Shown: in pieces, positions 14,007-27,000 of the stretch
Position numbering within the stretch: the first letter of the stretch is position 1
How the letters are laid out: each line of letters starts with the position of its first letter
Assembly: GCF_009914755.1 (NCBI RefSeq)
Contig: NC_060933.1
Direction: 5' to 3' (one strand)
From: the human T2T-CHM13v2.0 reference genome, Homo sapiens
DNA: 64,000 nucleotides
The notes under the pieces: generated by a model
Databases searched by the model: none
What the model saw: the letters and a program-made list of their open reading frames with translations, nothing else
What the model was told of the DNA's origin: nothing
Translations under genes and position numbers: made by a program

Positions 14007-16227
14007 GGAACGGAATGGAATGCAATGGAATGGAATGGAATCCAATGGAATGGGTTCAACCCGAGTGCAATGGAATGGAATCGAAAGTAATGGAATGGAA
14101 TGGAATGGATTCAACACGAATGGAATGGAAAGGAATGGAATCAACCCGAGTGGAATGGAATTTAATGGAATGGAATGGAATGGAATGCAGTGAAATGGAA
14201 TCAAACCTAGTGCAATGGAATGGAATGGAATGGAATGGAATGGATTAGATTCAACCCAAATGGAATGGAAAGTAATGGAATCAACCCGAGTGGAATGGCA
14301 TGGAATGGAGTGGAATGGCATGGAATGGAATGGAATGGAATGGAATGGAAAGGTATGGAATAGAATGGAATGGAACGGAATGGAATGGAATGGAATGGAA
14401 TGGAAAGGTACGGAATAGAATGGAATGGAACGAAATGGAATGGAATGGAATGGAATGGAATGGAATGGAATGGAATAGAATGGAATCCACCCGATTGCAG
14501 GGGAATGGAATGGAATGGAATGCAATGGAATGGAATGGAATGGATTCAACCCGAATGGAATGGAAAGGAAAGGAATAAACCTGAGTGAAATGGCATGGAA
14601 GGGAATGGAATGGAATGCAATGGTACGGAGTAGAATGGAATGGAACGAAATGGAATGGAATGGAATGGAATGGAATGGAATTTGATTTAATGAACCCGTG
14701 AGCAATGGAATGGAATGGAATGGAATGGAATGGAATGGGTTCAACTCGAATGGAATGGAAAGGAATGGAATCAACCCGAGTGGAATGGCATGGAATGGAA
14801 TGGAATGGAATAGAATGGAATGGAATGGAATGGAATGGAATGGAATGGATTCAACCCGAATGGAATGGATTCAACCCGAATGGAATGGAAAGGAACGGAA
14901 TAAACCCGAGTGGAATGGCATGGAATGGAGTGGAATGGAATGGAATGGAAGGGAATGGTACGGAATAGAATGGAATGGAACGAAATGGAATGGAATGGAA
15001 TGGAATGGAATGGAATGGAATGGAATGGAATGAACCCGTGTGCAATTCAATGGAATCGAATGGAATGGAATGCAATGGAACGGATTCAACTAGAATGGAA
15101 TGGAAAGGAATGGAATCAACCCGAGTGGAATGGCATGGCATGGAATGGAATGGAATGGAATGGAATGGAAAGGTACGGAATAGAATGGAATCCACCCGAT
15201 TGCAGGGGAATGGAATTGAACGGAATGCAATGGAATGGAATGGAATGGATTCAACCCGAATGGAATGGAAAGGAATGGAATCAACCCGAGTGGAATGGCA
15301 TGGAATGGAATGGAATGGAATGGAATGGAATGGTACGGAATAGAATGGAATGGAACGAAATGGAATGGAATGGAATGGAATGGAATGGAATGGAATGGAA
15401 TCAACCTGAGGGTAATGGAATGGAGTGGAATGGAATGTAATGGAAGGGAAACAACGCGAATGGAATGGAATGTAATGGAGTGTAAGGGAATTGAATACAA
15501 TCAATCCGAATGTAATGGAATGGAATGGAACGGAATGGAATGGAATGGAATGGAATGGAATGGAATGGAATGAAATGGAATGGCAGGGAATGGAATGGAA
15601 TCAACCCGAGTGCAAAGGAATGGAATGGAATGGAATGGAATGGAATGGAATGGAATGGATTCAACCCGAATGGAATGGAAAGGAATGTAATAAACCTGAG
15701 TGGAATGGCATGGAATGGAATGGAATGGAATGGAATGGTACGGAATAGAATGGAATGGAACGAAATGGAATGGAATGGAATGGAATCAACCTGAGTGCAA
15801 TGGAATGGAGTGGAATGGAATGTAATGGAATAGAAACAACCCGAATGGAATGGAATGTTATGGAGTGTAAGGGAATTGAATAGAATCAATCCGAATGTAA
15901 TGGAATGGAATGGAACGGAATGGAATGGAATGGAATGCAGTGGAATGGAATCAAACCTAGTGCAATGGAATGGAATGGAATGGAATGGAATGGAATGGAA
16001 CGGAATGGAATGGAATCAACTCGATTGCAATGGAATGTAATGGAATGGAATGGAATGGAATTAACGCGAATAGAATGGAATGGAATGTAATGGAACGGAA
16101 TGGAATGGAATGGGATGGAATGGAATCAATCTGAGTGCAGGAGAATGGAATGGAATGGAATGCAATGGAATGGAATGGAATGGAATGGAATGGAATGCAA
16201 TGGAATCAACTAGATTGCAATGGGATG

Positions 16228-19200
16228 GAATGGAATGGAATGGAATGGAAGGGAATGGAATGGAATGGAATTAACCTGAACAGAATGGAATGGAATAGAA
16301 TGGAACGGAATGGAATGGAATGGAATGGAATGGAATGGAATGCAATGCAATGGGATCAACCCGAGAGCAGGGGAATGGAATGGAATGGAATGCAATGGAA
16401 TGGAATCAATCAACACGAGTGCAATAGAATGCAGTGGAATGGAATGGAATGGAATGGAAAGTACCCGAATGGAAAGGAATGTAATGGAGTGTAAGGGAAT
16501 TAAAAAGAATCAATCCGAATGTAATGGAATGGAATGGAACGGAATGGAATGGAATGGAATGGAATGGAATGGAATGAAATGGAATGGCATGGAATGGAAT
16601 GGAATCAACCCGAGTTCAATGGATTGGAATCAAATGGAATGGAATGGAATGGAATGGATTCAACCCGAATGGAATGGAAAGGAATGGGATCAACCAGAGT
16701 GAAATGGAATGGAATCGAAAGGAATGGAATGGAATGGAATGGTTTCAACCCGAATGGAATGGAAAGGAATGGAATCAACCCGAGTGGAATGGAATGGAAT
16801 GGAATGGAATGGAATGGAATGGGTTCAACTCGAATGGAATGGAAAGGAATGGAATCAACCCGAGTGGAATGGCATGGAATGGAATGGAATGGAATGGAGT
16901 GGAATGGAAGGGAATGGAATGGAATGGAATTAACCTGAACAGAATGGAAGGGAATGGAATGGAACGGAACGGAATGGAATGGAATGGAATGGAATGGAAT
17001 GGAATGCAATGGAATGGGATCAACCAGAGTACAGGGGAATGGAATGCAATGGAATGCAATGGAATGGAATCAAACGGAATGGAATGGAATGGAATGGAAT
17101 GCAATGGAATGGAATCAATCAACCCGAGTGCAATAGAATGCAGTGGAATGGAATGGAATGGTATGGAAACTACCCGAATGGAATAGAATGTAATGGAGTG
17201 TAAGGGAATTAAAAAGAATCAATCCGAATGTAATGGAATTGAATGGAACGGAATGGAATGGAATGGAATGGAATGGAATGGAATGGAATTAACCCGAATA
17301 GAATGGAATGGAATGGAATGGAATGGAATGGAATGGAAGTAAATGAATGGAATGTAATGAACCCGAGTGCAGGGGAATGGAATGGAATGGAATGCAATGG
17401 AATGGAGTCATCCGGAATGGAACAGAAAGGAATGGAATGGAATCAACCCGTGTGCAGTGGAATGGAAAGGAATGGAATGGAATGGAATGGAATGGAATGG
17501 AATGGAATGGAATGGATTCAACCCGAATGGAATGGAAAGGAAGGGAATTAACCCAAGTGGAATGGCATGGAATGGAATGGAATGGAATGGAATATAATGG
17601 AATGGAATGGTACCGAGTAGAATGGAATGGAACGAAATGGAATAGAATGGAATGGAATGGAATGCAATCAAACCGAGTGCAATGGAATGGAGTGGAATGG
17701 AATGGAATGACATGGAAACAACCCGAATTGAATGGAATGAAATGGAGTGTAAGGGAATTGAATACAATCAATCCGAATGTAATGGAATGGAATGGAACGG
17801 AATGGAATGGAATGGAATGGAATGCAGTGGAATGGAATCAAACCTAGTGCAATGGAATGGAATGGAATGGAAAGGAATGGAATGGAATGGAATGGATTCA
17901 ACCCAAATGGAATGGAAAGCAATGGAATCAACCCGAGTGGAATGGCATGGAATGGAATGGAATGGAATGGAATGGAATGGAATGGAATGGAATGGTACGG
18001 AATAGAATGGAATGGAACGAAATGGAATGGAATGGAATGGAATGGAACGGAATGGAATGGAATCAACTCGATTGCAATGGAATGTAATGGAATGGAATGG
18101 AATGCAATTAACGCGAATAGAATGGAAAGGAATGGAATGGAACGGAATGGAATGGAATGGAATCGAATGGAATCAACCTGAGTGCAGGGGAATGGAATGG
18201 AATGGAATGCAATGGAATGTAATGGAATGGAATGCAATGGAATCAACTCGATTGCAATGGGATGGAATGGAATGGAATGGAAGGGAAAGGAATAGAATGG
18301 AATTAACCTGAACAGAATGGAATGGAATGGAATGGAACGGAATGGAATGGAACGGAATGGAATGGAATGGAATGGAATGAACCCGTGTGCAATGGAATGG
18401 AATGGAATGGAATGGAATGGAATGGAATGGGTTCAACTCGAATGGAATGGAAAGGAATGGAATCAACACGAGTGGAATGGCATGGAATGGAGTGGAATGC
18501 AATGGAATGGAATGGAATGGAATGAAATGTAATGGAATGGAATGGAATGGAATCAACCCGAGTGCAGTGTAATGGAGTCGAATGGAATGGAATGGAATGG
18601 AATGGATTCAACACGAATGGAATGGAAAGGAATGGAATAAACCCCCGTGGAATGGCATGGAATGGAGTGGAATGGAATGAAATGTAAAGGAATGGAATGG
18701 AATGGAATCAACCCGAGTGCAATGTAATGGAATCGAATGGAATGGAATGGAATGGAATGGATTCAACCCGAATGGAATGGAAAGGAATGGAATAACTCCG
18801 AATGGAAAGGAATGGAATAAATCCGAGTGGAATGGCATGGAATGGAGTGGAATGGAATGGAATGGAATGGAATGGAATGGTACGGAATAGAATGGAATGG
18901 AAGGAAATGGAATGGAATGGAATGGAATGGAATGGAATGGAATGGAATGGAATGAACCCGTGTGCAATGGAATGGAATCGAATGGAATGGAATGGAATGG
19001 AATGGATTCAACTCGAATGGAATGGAAAGGAATGGAATCAACCCGAGTGATATGGCATGGAATGGAATGGAATGGAATGGAATGGAATGGAATGGAATGG
19101 TACGGAATAGAATGGAAAGGAACGAAATGGAATGGAATGAAAAGGAATGGAATGGAATGGAATCAACCCGAGTGCAGGGGAATCGAATGGAATTGAAGGC

Positions 19201-20925
19201 AATGGAATGGAATCATCCGGAATTGAATGGAATGGAATGGAATCAACTCGATTGCAATGGAATGGAATGGAATGGAATGGAATGGAATGGAATGGAATGG
19301 AATTAACCCGAAGAGAATGGAATGGAATGGAATGGAAGTAAATGGAATGGAAGGTAATGAACCCGAGTGCAGGGGAATGGAATGGAATGGAATGGAATGC
19401 AATGGAATGGAGTCATCCGGAATGGAACGGAAAGGAATGGAATGGAACCAACCCGTGTGCAATGGAATGGAAAGGAATGGAATGGAATGGAATGGAATGG
19501 AATGGATTCAACCCGAATGGAATGGAAAGGATGGGAATCAACCCAAGTGGAATGGCATGGAATGGAATGGATTGGAATGGAATGGAATGGAATGGTACCG
19601 AATAGAATGGAATGGAAGGAAATGGAATAGAATGGAATGGAATGGAATGCAATCAACCCGAGTGCAATGGAATGGAGTGGAATGGATTGGAATGGAATGG
19701 AAACAACCTGAATGGAATGGAATGAAATGGAGTGTAAGGGAATTGAATACAATCAATCCGAATGTAATGGAATGGAATGGAATGGAACGGAATGGAATGG
19801 AATGGAATGGAATGGAATGCAGTGGAATGGAATCAAACCTAGTGCAATGGAATAGAATGGAATGGAATGGAATGGAATGGAATGGAATGGATTCAACCCA
19901 AATGGAATGGAAAGCAATGGAATCAACCCGAGTGGAATGGCATGGAATGGAATGGAATGGAATGTTACGGAATACAATGCAATGGAACGAAATGGAATGG
20001 AATGGAATGGAATGGAATGGAATGGAATGGAATGGAATCATTCCAAGTGGAATAGAAGGGAATGAATTCCAGTGGAATGGAAAGGAATGGAATCAACCAG
20101 AGTGGAATGGAAGGGAATGGAATGGAATGGAAACTAATAAAATGGAATTAACACGAGTGGAATGGAATGGAAAGGACTTGAATGGAATGGAATGGAATGG
20201 AATGGAATGGAATGGAATCAACTCGATTGCAATGGAATGTAAGGGAATGGAATGGAATGGAATTAACGCGAATAGAATGGAATGGAATGGAATGGAATGG
20301 AATGGAATGGAATGGAATCAACCTAATTGCAGGGGAATGGAATGCAATGGAATGGAATGGAATGGAATGCAATGGAATCAACTAGATTGCAATGGAATGG
20401 AATGGAATGGAATGGAATGGTATGGAATGGAATGGAATTAACCTGAACAGAATGGAATGGAATGGAATGGAATGGAATGGAACGAAATGGAATGGAATGG
20501 AATGGAATGGAATCAACCCGAGTGCAGGGGAATGGAATGGAATGGAATGCAATGGAATGGAATCATCCGGAATGGAATCGAATGGAATGGAATGCAATGG
20601 AATGGAATCAATCAACCCGAGTGCAATGCAATGGAGTTTAATGGAATCGAATGGAATGGAAACTACCCGAATGAAATGGAATGTAATGGAGTGTAAGGGA
20701 ATTGAAAAGAATCAATCCGAATGTAATGGAATGGAATGGAACGGAATGAAATGGAATGGCATGGAATGGAATGGAATCAACCCGAGTGCAATGGAATGGA
20801 ATTGAACGGAAAGGAATGGAAAGGAATGGATTCAACCCGAATGGAATGGAAAGGAATGGAATAAACCCGAGTGGAATGGCATGGAATGGAATGAAATGGA
20901 GTGGAATGGAATGGAATGGAATGGA
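16228..20925 (+). repeat. Higher-order repeat unit, copy 3 (partial; loses colinearity at ~20.9 kb)
   Basis: Matches copy 2 word for word, including TGTTACGGAATACAATGC (~11837/~19963) and AGGGAATGAATTCCAGTGG (~11931/~20057). It diverges from copy 2 (~12800) after GAAATGGAGTGG at ~20900. Confidence 0.85.
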
Positions 20926-22559
20926 ATGGTACGGAATAGAATGGAATGGAACGAAATGGAATAGAATGGAATGGAAAGGAATGGAATGAAAACGTGTGCA
21001 ATGGATTGGAATGGAATGGAATGGAATGGAATGGAATGGGTTCGACTCGAATGGAATGGAATGGAATGGAATCAACCCGAGTACAATGGCATGGAATGGA
21101 ATGGAATGGAATGGAATGGAATGGAATGGAATGGAATGGAATGGAAACAACACGAGTGCAATTTAATGGAATCGAATGGAATGGAATGGAATGGAATGGA
21201 ATGGATTCAACCCGAATGGAATGGAAAGGAATGGAATAAACCCGAGGGGAATGGCATGGAATGGAGTCTAATGGAATGGAATGGAACGGTATGGAATAGA
21301 ATGGAATGGAACGAAATGGAATGGAATGGAATGGAATGGAATGGAATGAAATGAACCCGTGTGCAATGGAATGGAATGGAATGGAATGGAATGGAATGGA
21401 ATGGGTTCTACTCGAATGGAATGGAAAGGAATGGAATCAACCCGAGTAGAATGGCATGGAATGGAATGGAATGGAATTGAATGGAATGGAATGGAATGTA
21501 ATGGAATGGTACGGAATAGAATGGAATGGAGCGAAATGGAATGGAATGGAATGGAATGGAATGGAATGGAATGGAGTGGAATGAAATCATGTGCAATGGA
21601 ATGGAATGGAATGGAATGGAATGGAATGGAATGGAATGCACTGGAATGGAATGGAATGGAATGGAGTGGAATGGAATGGAATGGGTTCAACTCCAATGGA
21701 ATGGAAAGGAATGGAATCAACCCGAGTGGAGTGTCATGGAATGGAATGGAATAGGATGGAATGGAATGGAATGGAATCATCCCGAGTGCAATGTAATGGA
21801 ATCGAAAGGAATGGAATGGAATGGAATGGATTCAACCCGAATGGAATGAAAAGAAATGGAATAAACCCAAGTGGAATGGCATGGAATGGAGTGGAATTGA
21901 ATGGAATGGAATGGTACAGAATAGAATGGAATGGAACGAAATGGAATGGAATGGAATGGAATGGAATGGAATGGAATGGAATGAACCCGTGTGCAATGGA
22001 ATGGAATGGAATGGAATGGAATGGAATGGAATGGAATGGATTCAACTCGAATGGAATGGAAGGCAATGGAATCAACCCGAGTGGAATGGCATGGAATGGA
22101 GTGGAATGGAATGGAATGGAATGGAATGGAATAGAATGGAATGGCATGGAATGGTACGGAATAGAATGGAATGGAACGAAATGGAATGGAATGAAATGGA
22201 AAGGAATGGAATGGAATGGAATGGAACGGAATAGAATGGTATGGAATGGAATGGAATGGAATGGAATGGTACGGAATAGAATGGAATGGAACGAAATGGA
22301 ATGGAATGAAATGGAATGGAATGGAATCAACCCGAGTGCAGGGAAATGGAATGGAATTGAAGGCAATGGAATGGAATCATCCGGAATTGAATGGAATGGA
22401 ATGGAATCAACTCGATTGCAATGGAATGGAATGGAATGGAATGGAATGGAATGGAATGGAATGGAATGGAATGGAATGGAATGGAATGGAATGGAATTAA
22501 CCCGAATAGAATGGAATGGAATGGAATGGAACGGAATGGAATGGAATGGAATGGAATGG
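20926..22559 (+). repeat. Transition segment: diverged proximal-type HSat3 with private variants
   Basis: Proximal words in degenerate form (AAAACGTGTGC, GGTTCGACTCG, GGTTCTACTCG, GAAATCATGTGC, GGAGTGTCATGG), not colinear with the higher-order unit. Confidence 0.6.
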
Positions 22560-24034
22560 AATCAACCCGACTGCAGGGGAATGGAATGGAATGGAATGCA
22601 ATGGAATGGAATCATGCGGAACGGAATGGAATGGAATGGAATGGAATCAACTCGATTGTAATGGAATGGAATGGAATGGAATGGAATGGAATTAACCCGA
22701 ATAGAATGGAATGGAATGGAATGGAAAGGAATAGATGGGAATGGAATGGAATGTAATCAACCCGAGTGCAGGGGAATGGAATGGAATGGAATGCAATGGA
22801 ATGGAAACATCCGGAATGGAATGGAATGGAATGGAAAGGAATAAACCCGATGCAATGGAATGGAGTGGAATGGAATGGAATGGAATGGAATGGAAACATC
22901 CCGAATGGAATGGAATGTAATGGAGTGTAAGGGAATTGAATAGAATCAATCCGAATGGAATGGAATGGAATGGAATGGAATGGAATGGAATGGAATGGAA
23001 TGGAATCAACCCGAGTGCAATGGAATGGATTCGAATGGAATGGAATGGAATGGAATGGATTCAACAAGAATGGAATGGAAAGAATGGAATCAACACGAGT
23101 GGAATGGCATGGATTGGAATGGAATGGATTGGAATCAACCCGAGTACAGGGGAATGGAATGGAATGGAATGCAATGGAATGGAATCATCCGTAATGGAAT
23201 GGAAAGGAATGGAATGGAATGGAATGGAATGGAATGGAATGGAATGGATTCAACTCGATTGCAATCGAATGGAATGGAATGGAATTAACCCGAATAGAAT
23301 GGAATGGAATGGAATGGAACGGAACGGAACGGAATGGAATGGAATGGAATGGAATGGAATGGAATGGAATGGGATGCATTGGAATGAACCCGTGTACAAT
23401 GGAATGGAATGAAATGGAATGGAATGGATTCAACTCGAATGGAATCAACTCGATTGCAATGGAATGGAATGGAATGGAAAGGAATAGAATGGAATCAACC
23501 CGAGTGGAATGGAATGGAAAGGACTGGAATGGAGTGGAATGGAATGGAATGGAATTAACACGAATAGAAAGTAATGGAATGGAATGGAATGGAATGGAAT
23601 GGAATGGAATGGAATGGAATGGAAACAACCCGACTGCAGGGGAATGGAATGGAATGGAATGCAATGGAATGGATTCAACTTGAATGGAATGGAAAGAATG
23701 GAATCAACACGAGTGGAATGGCATGGATTGGAATGGAATGGAATGGAATCAACCCGAGTACAGAGGAATGGAATGGAATGGAATGCAATGGAATGGAATC
23801 ATCCGTAATGGAATGGAAAGGAATGGAATGGAATGGAATGGAATGGAATGGAATGGAATGGAATCAACTCGATTGCAATCGAATGGAATGGAATGGAATT
23901 AACCCGAATATAATGGAATGGAATGGAATGGAACGGAACGGAACAGAATGGAATGGATTGGAATGGAATGGAATGGAATGGAATGGAATCAACGCGAGTG
24001 CAGGGAATTGGAATGGAATGGAATGCAATGGAAT

Positions 24035-24049
24035 GGAATCTTCCGGAAT
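24035..24049. promoter_or_regulatory. First of ~28 perfect nGAAn-nTTCn-nGAAn heat-shock-element matches (motif match only; binding not shown)
   Basis: GGAAT CTTCC GGAAT matches the canonical three-pentamer HSF1 element. Further copies run to 63379-63393. Confidence 0.55.
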
Positions 24050-27000
24050 GGAATGGAATGGAATGGAATGGAATGGAATGGAATAAACCCGAATGGAGTG
24101 GAATGGAATGGAATGGAATGGAACAACCCGAATGGAATGGAATGTAATAGAGAGTAAGGGAGTTGAATAGAATCAATCCGAATGTAATGGAATGGAATGG
24201 AACGGAATGGAATTCAATGGAATGGAATGGAATGCAATGGAATGGAATCAACCCGAGTTCAATGGAATGGAGAGGAATGGAATGGAATGGAATGGAAACT
24301 ACCCGAATGGAATGGAATATAATGGAGTGTAAGGGAATTGAATAGAATCAATCCGAATGTAAAGGAATGGAATGGAACGGAATGGAATGGAATGGAATGG
24401 AATGGAATGGAATGGAATGGAATGCAATGGAATGGAATCAACCCGAGTGCAATCGAATGGAATCGAATGGAATGGAATGCAATGGAATGGATTCAACTTG
24501 AATGGAATGGAAAGAATGGAATCAACACGAGTGGAATGGCATGGATTGGAATGGAATGGAATGGAATCAACCCGAGTACAGGAGAATGGAATGGAATGGA
24601 ATGCAATGGAATGGAATCATCCGTAATGGAATGGAATGGAATGGAATGGAATGGAATGGAATGGAATGGAATCAACTCGATTGCAATCGAATGGAATGGA
24701 ATGGAATTAACCCGAATAGAATGGAATGGAATGGAATGGAACGGAACGGAATGGAATGGAATGGAATGGAATGGAATGGAACGGAAAGGAAGGGAATGGA
24801 ATGGAATAGAATGGAATGGAATGGAATCAACGCGAGTGCAGGGGAATGGAATGGAATGGAATGCAATGGAATGGAATCTTCCGGAATGGAATGGAATGGA
24901 ATGGAATGGAATGGAATGGAATCAACCCGAGTGCAATGGAATGGAGTGGAATGGAATGGAATGGAATGGAACAACCCGTATGGAATGGAATGTAATGGAG
25001 AGTAAGGGAGTTCAATAGAATCAATCCGAATGTAATGGAATGGAATGGAACGGAATGGAATTGAATGGAATGGAATGGAATGCAATGGAATGGAATCAAC
25101 CCGAGTGCAATGGAATGGAGAGGAATGGAATGGAATGGAATGGAAACTACCCGAATGGAATGGAACTTAATGGAGTGTAAGGGAATTGAATAGAATCAAT
25201 CCGAATGTAATGGAATGGAATGGAACAGAATGGAATTGAATGGAATGGAATGGAATGGAATGGAATGCAATGGAATGGAATCAACCCGAGTGCAATCGAA
25301 TGGAATCGAATGGAATAGAATGCAATGGAATGGATTCAACTTGAATGGAATGGATAGAATGGAATCAACACGAGTGGAATAGCATGGATTGGAATGGAAT
25401 GGAATGGAATCAACCCGAGTACAGGGGAATGGAATGGAATGGAATGCAATGGAATGGAATCATCCGTAATGGAATGGAAAGGAATGGAATGGAATGGAAT
25501 GGAATGGAATGGAATGGAATCAACTCGATTGCAATCGAATGGAATGGAATGGAATTAACCCGAATATAATGGAATGGAATGGAATGGAACGGAACGGAAT
25601 GGAATGGAATGGAATGGAATGGAATGGAATGGAACAGAACGGAACGGAATGGAATGGAATGGAATGGAATGGAATGGTATCAACGCTAGTGCAGGGGAAT
25701 GGAATGGAATGGAATGCAATGGAATGGAATCTTCCGGAATGGAATGGAATGGAATGGAATGAAATGCAATGGATTCAACTCGATTGCAATGGAATGGAAG
25801 AGAATGGAATGGAATGGAATGGAATGGAATTAATCCGAATAGAATGGAATGGAATGGAATGGAACGGAATGGAACGGAATGGAATTGAATGGAATGGAAT
25901 GGAATGGAATGGAATCAACGCGAGTGCAGGGGAATGTAACGGAACGGAATGCAATGGAATGGAATCATCCGGAATGGAATGGAATGGAATGGAATGGAGT
26001 GGAATGGAATCACCCCGAGTGCAATGGAATGCAGTGGAATGGAATGGAATGGAATGGAACAACCCGAATGGAGTGGAATGTAATGGAGAGTAAGGGAGTT
26101 GAATAGAATCAATCCGAATGTAATGGAATGGAATGCAACGGAATGGAATGGAATGGAATGGAATGGAATGCAATGGAATTGAATCAACCCGAGTACAATG
26201 GAATGCAATGGAATGGAATGGAATGGAATGGAATGGAATGGAATGGAATGATACGGAATAGAATGGAATGGAACGAAATGGAATGGAATGGAATGGAATG
26301 GAATGGAATGGAATGGAATGGAATCGTTCCGAGTGGAATAGGAGGGAATGTATTCGAGTGGAATGGAAAGGAATGGTATCAACCAGAGTGGAATGGAAGG
26401 GAATGGAATGGAATGGAAACTAATAGAATGGAATCAACCCGAGTGGAACGGAATGGAAAGGACTGGAATGGAATGTAATGGAATGGAATCAACTCGATTG
26501 CAATGGAATGGAATGGAATGGAATGGAATGGAATGGAATGGAATGGAATGGAATTAACCCGAATACAATGGAATGGAATGGAATGGAACGGAATGGAGTG
26601 GAATGGAATGGAATCAACCCGAGTGCAGAGGAATGGAATGGAATGGAATGCAATGGAATGGAATCACCCGGAATGGAATGGAATGGAATGGAATGCAAAG
26701 CAATGGAATCAACTCGATTGCAATGGAATGGAATGGAATGGAAAGGAATACATTGGAATCAACGCAAGTGGAATGGAATGGAAAGGACTGGAATGGAGTG
26801 GAATGGAATGGAATGGAATGGAATGGAATCAACTCGATTGGAATGGAATGGAATGGAATGGAATGCAATTAACCCGAATAGAATGGAATGGAATGGAATG
26901 GAACGGAACGGAACGGAACGGAATGGAATGGAATGGAATGGAATGGAATGGAATGGAATCAACCCGACTGCAGGGGAATGGAATGGAATGGAATGCAATG

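Larger units (their letters stand above)
7362..16227 (+). repeat. Higher-order repeat unit, copy 2 (~8.87 kb)
   Basis: Colinear with copy 1 over ~7362-10830 and ~13320-16227 (shared CAAGTCGATTTC, GGATTAGATTC, GAATTTGATTTAATGAACCCGTGAGC, CCTGAGGGTAAT). Offset to copy 3 is 8846-8866. Confidence 0.9.

Noticed and set aside
22423-22497. Pure (GGAAT)15 as a pathogenic-type repeat expansion
   Set aside because: It is only the upper tail of run lengths inside a satellite array and lacks unique or genic flanks.
24041-24048. TTCCGGAA as a STAT (GAS) site
   Set aside because: The spacing is TTC-N2-GAA rather than the canonical N3 or N4. The HSE reading fits exactly and has known satellite III biology behind it.
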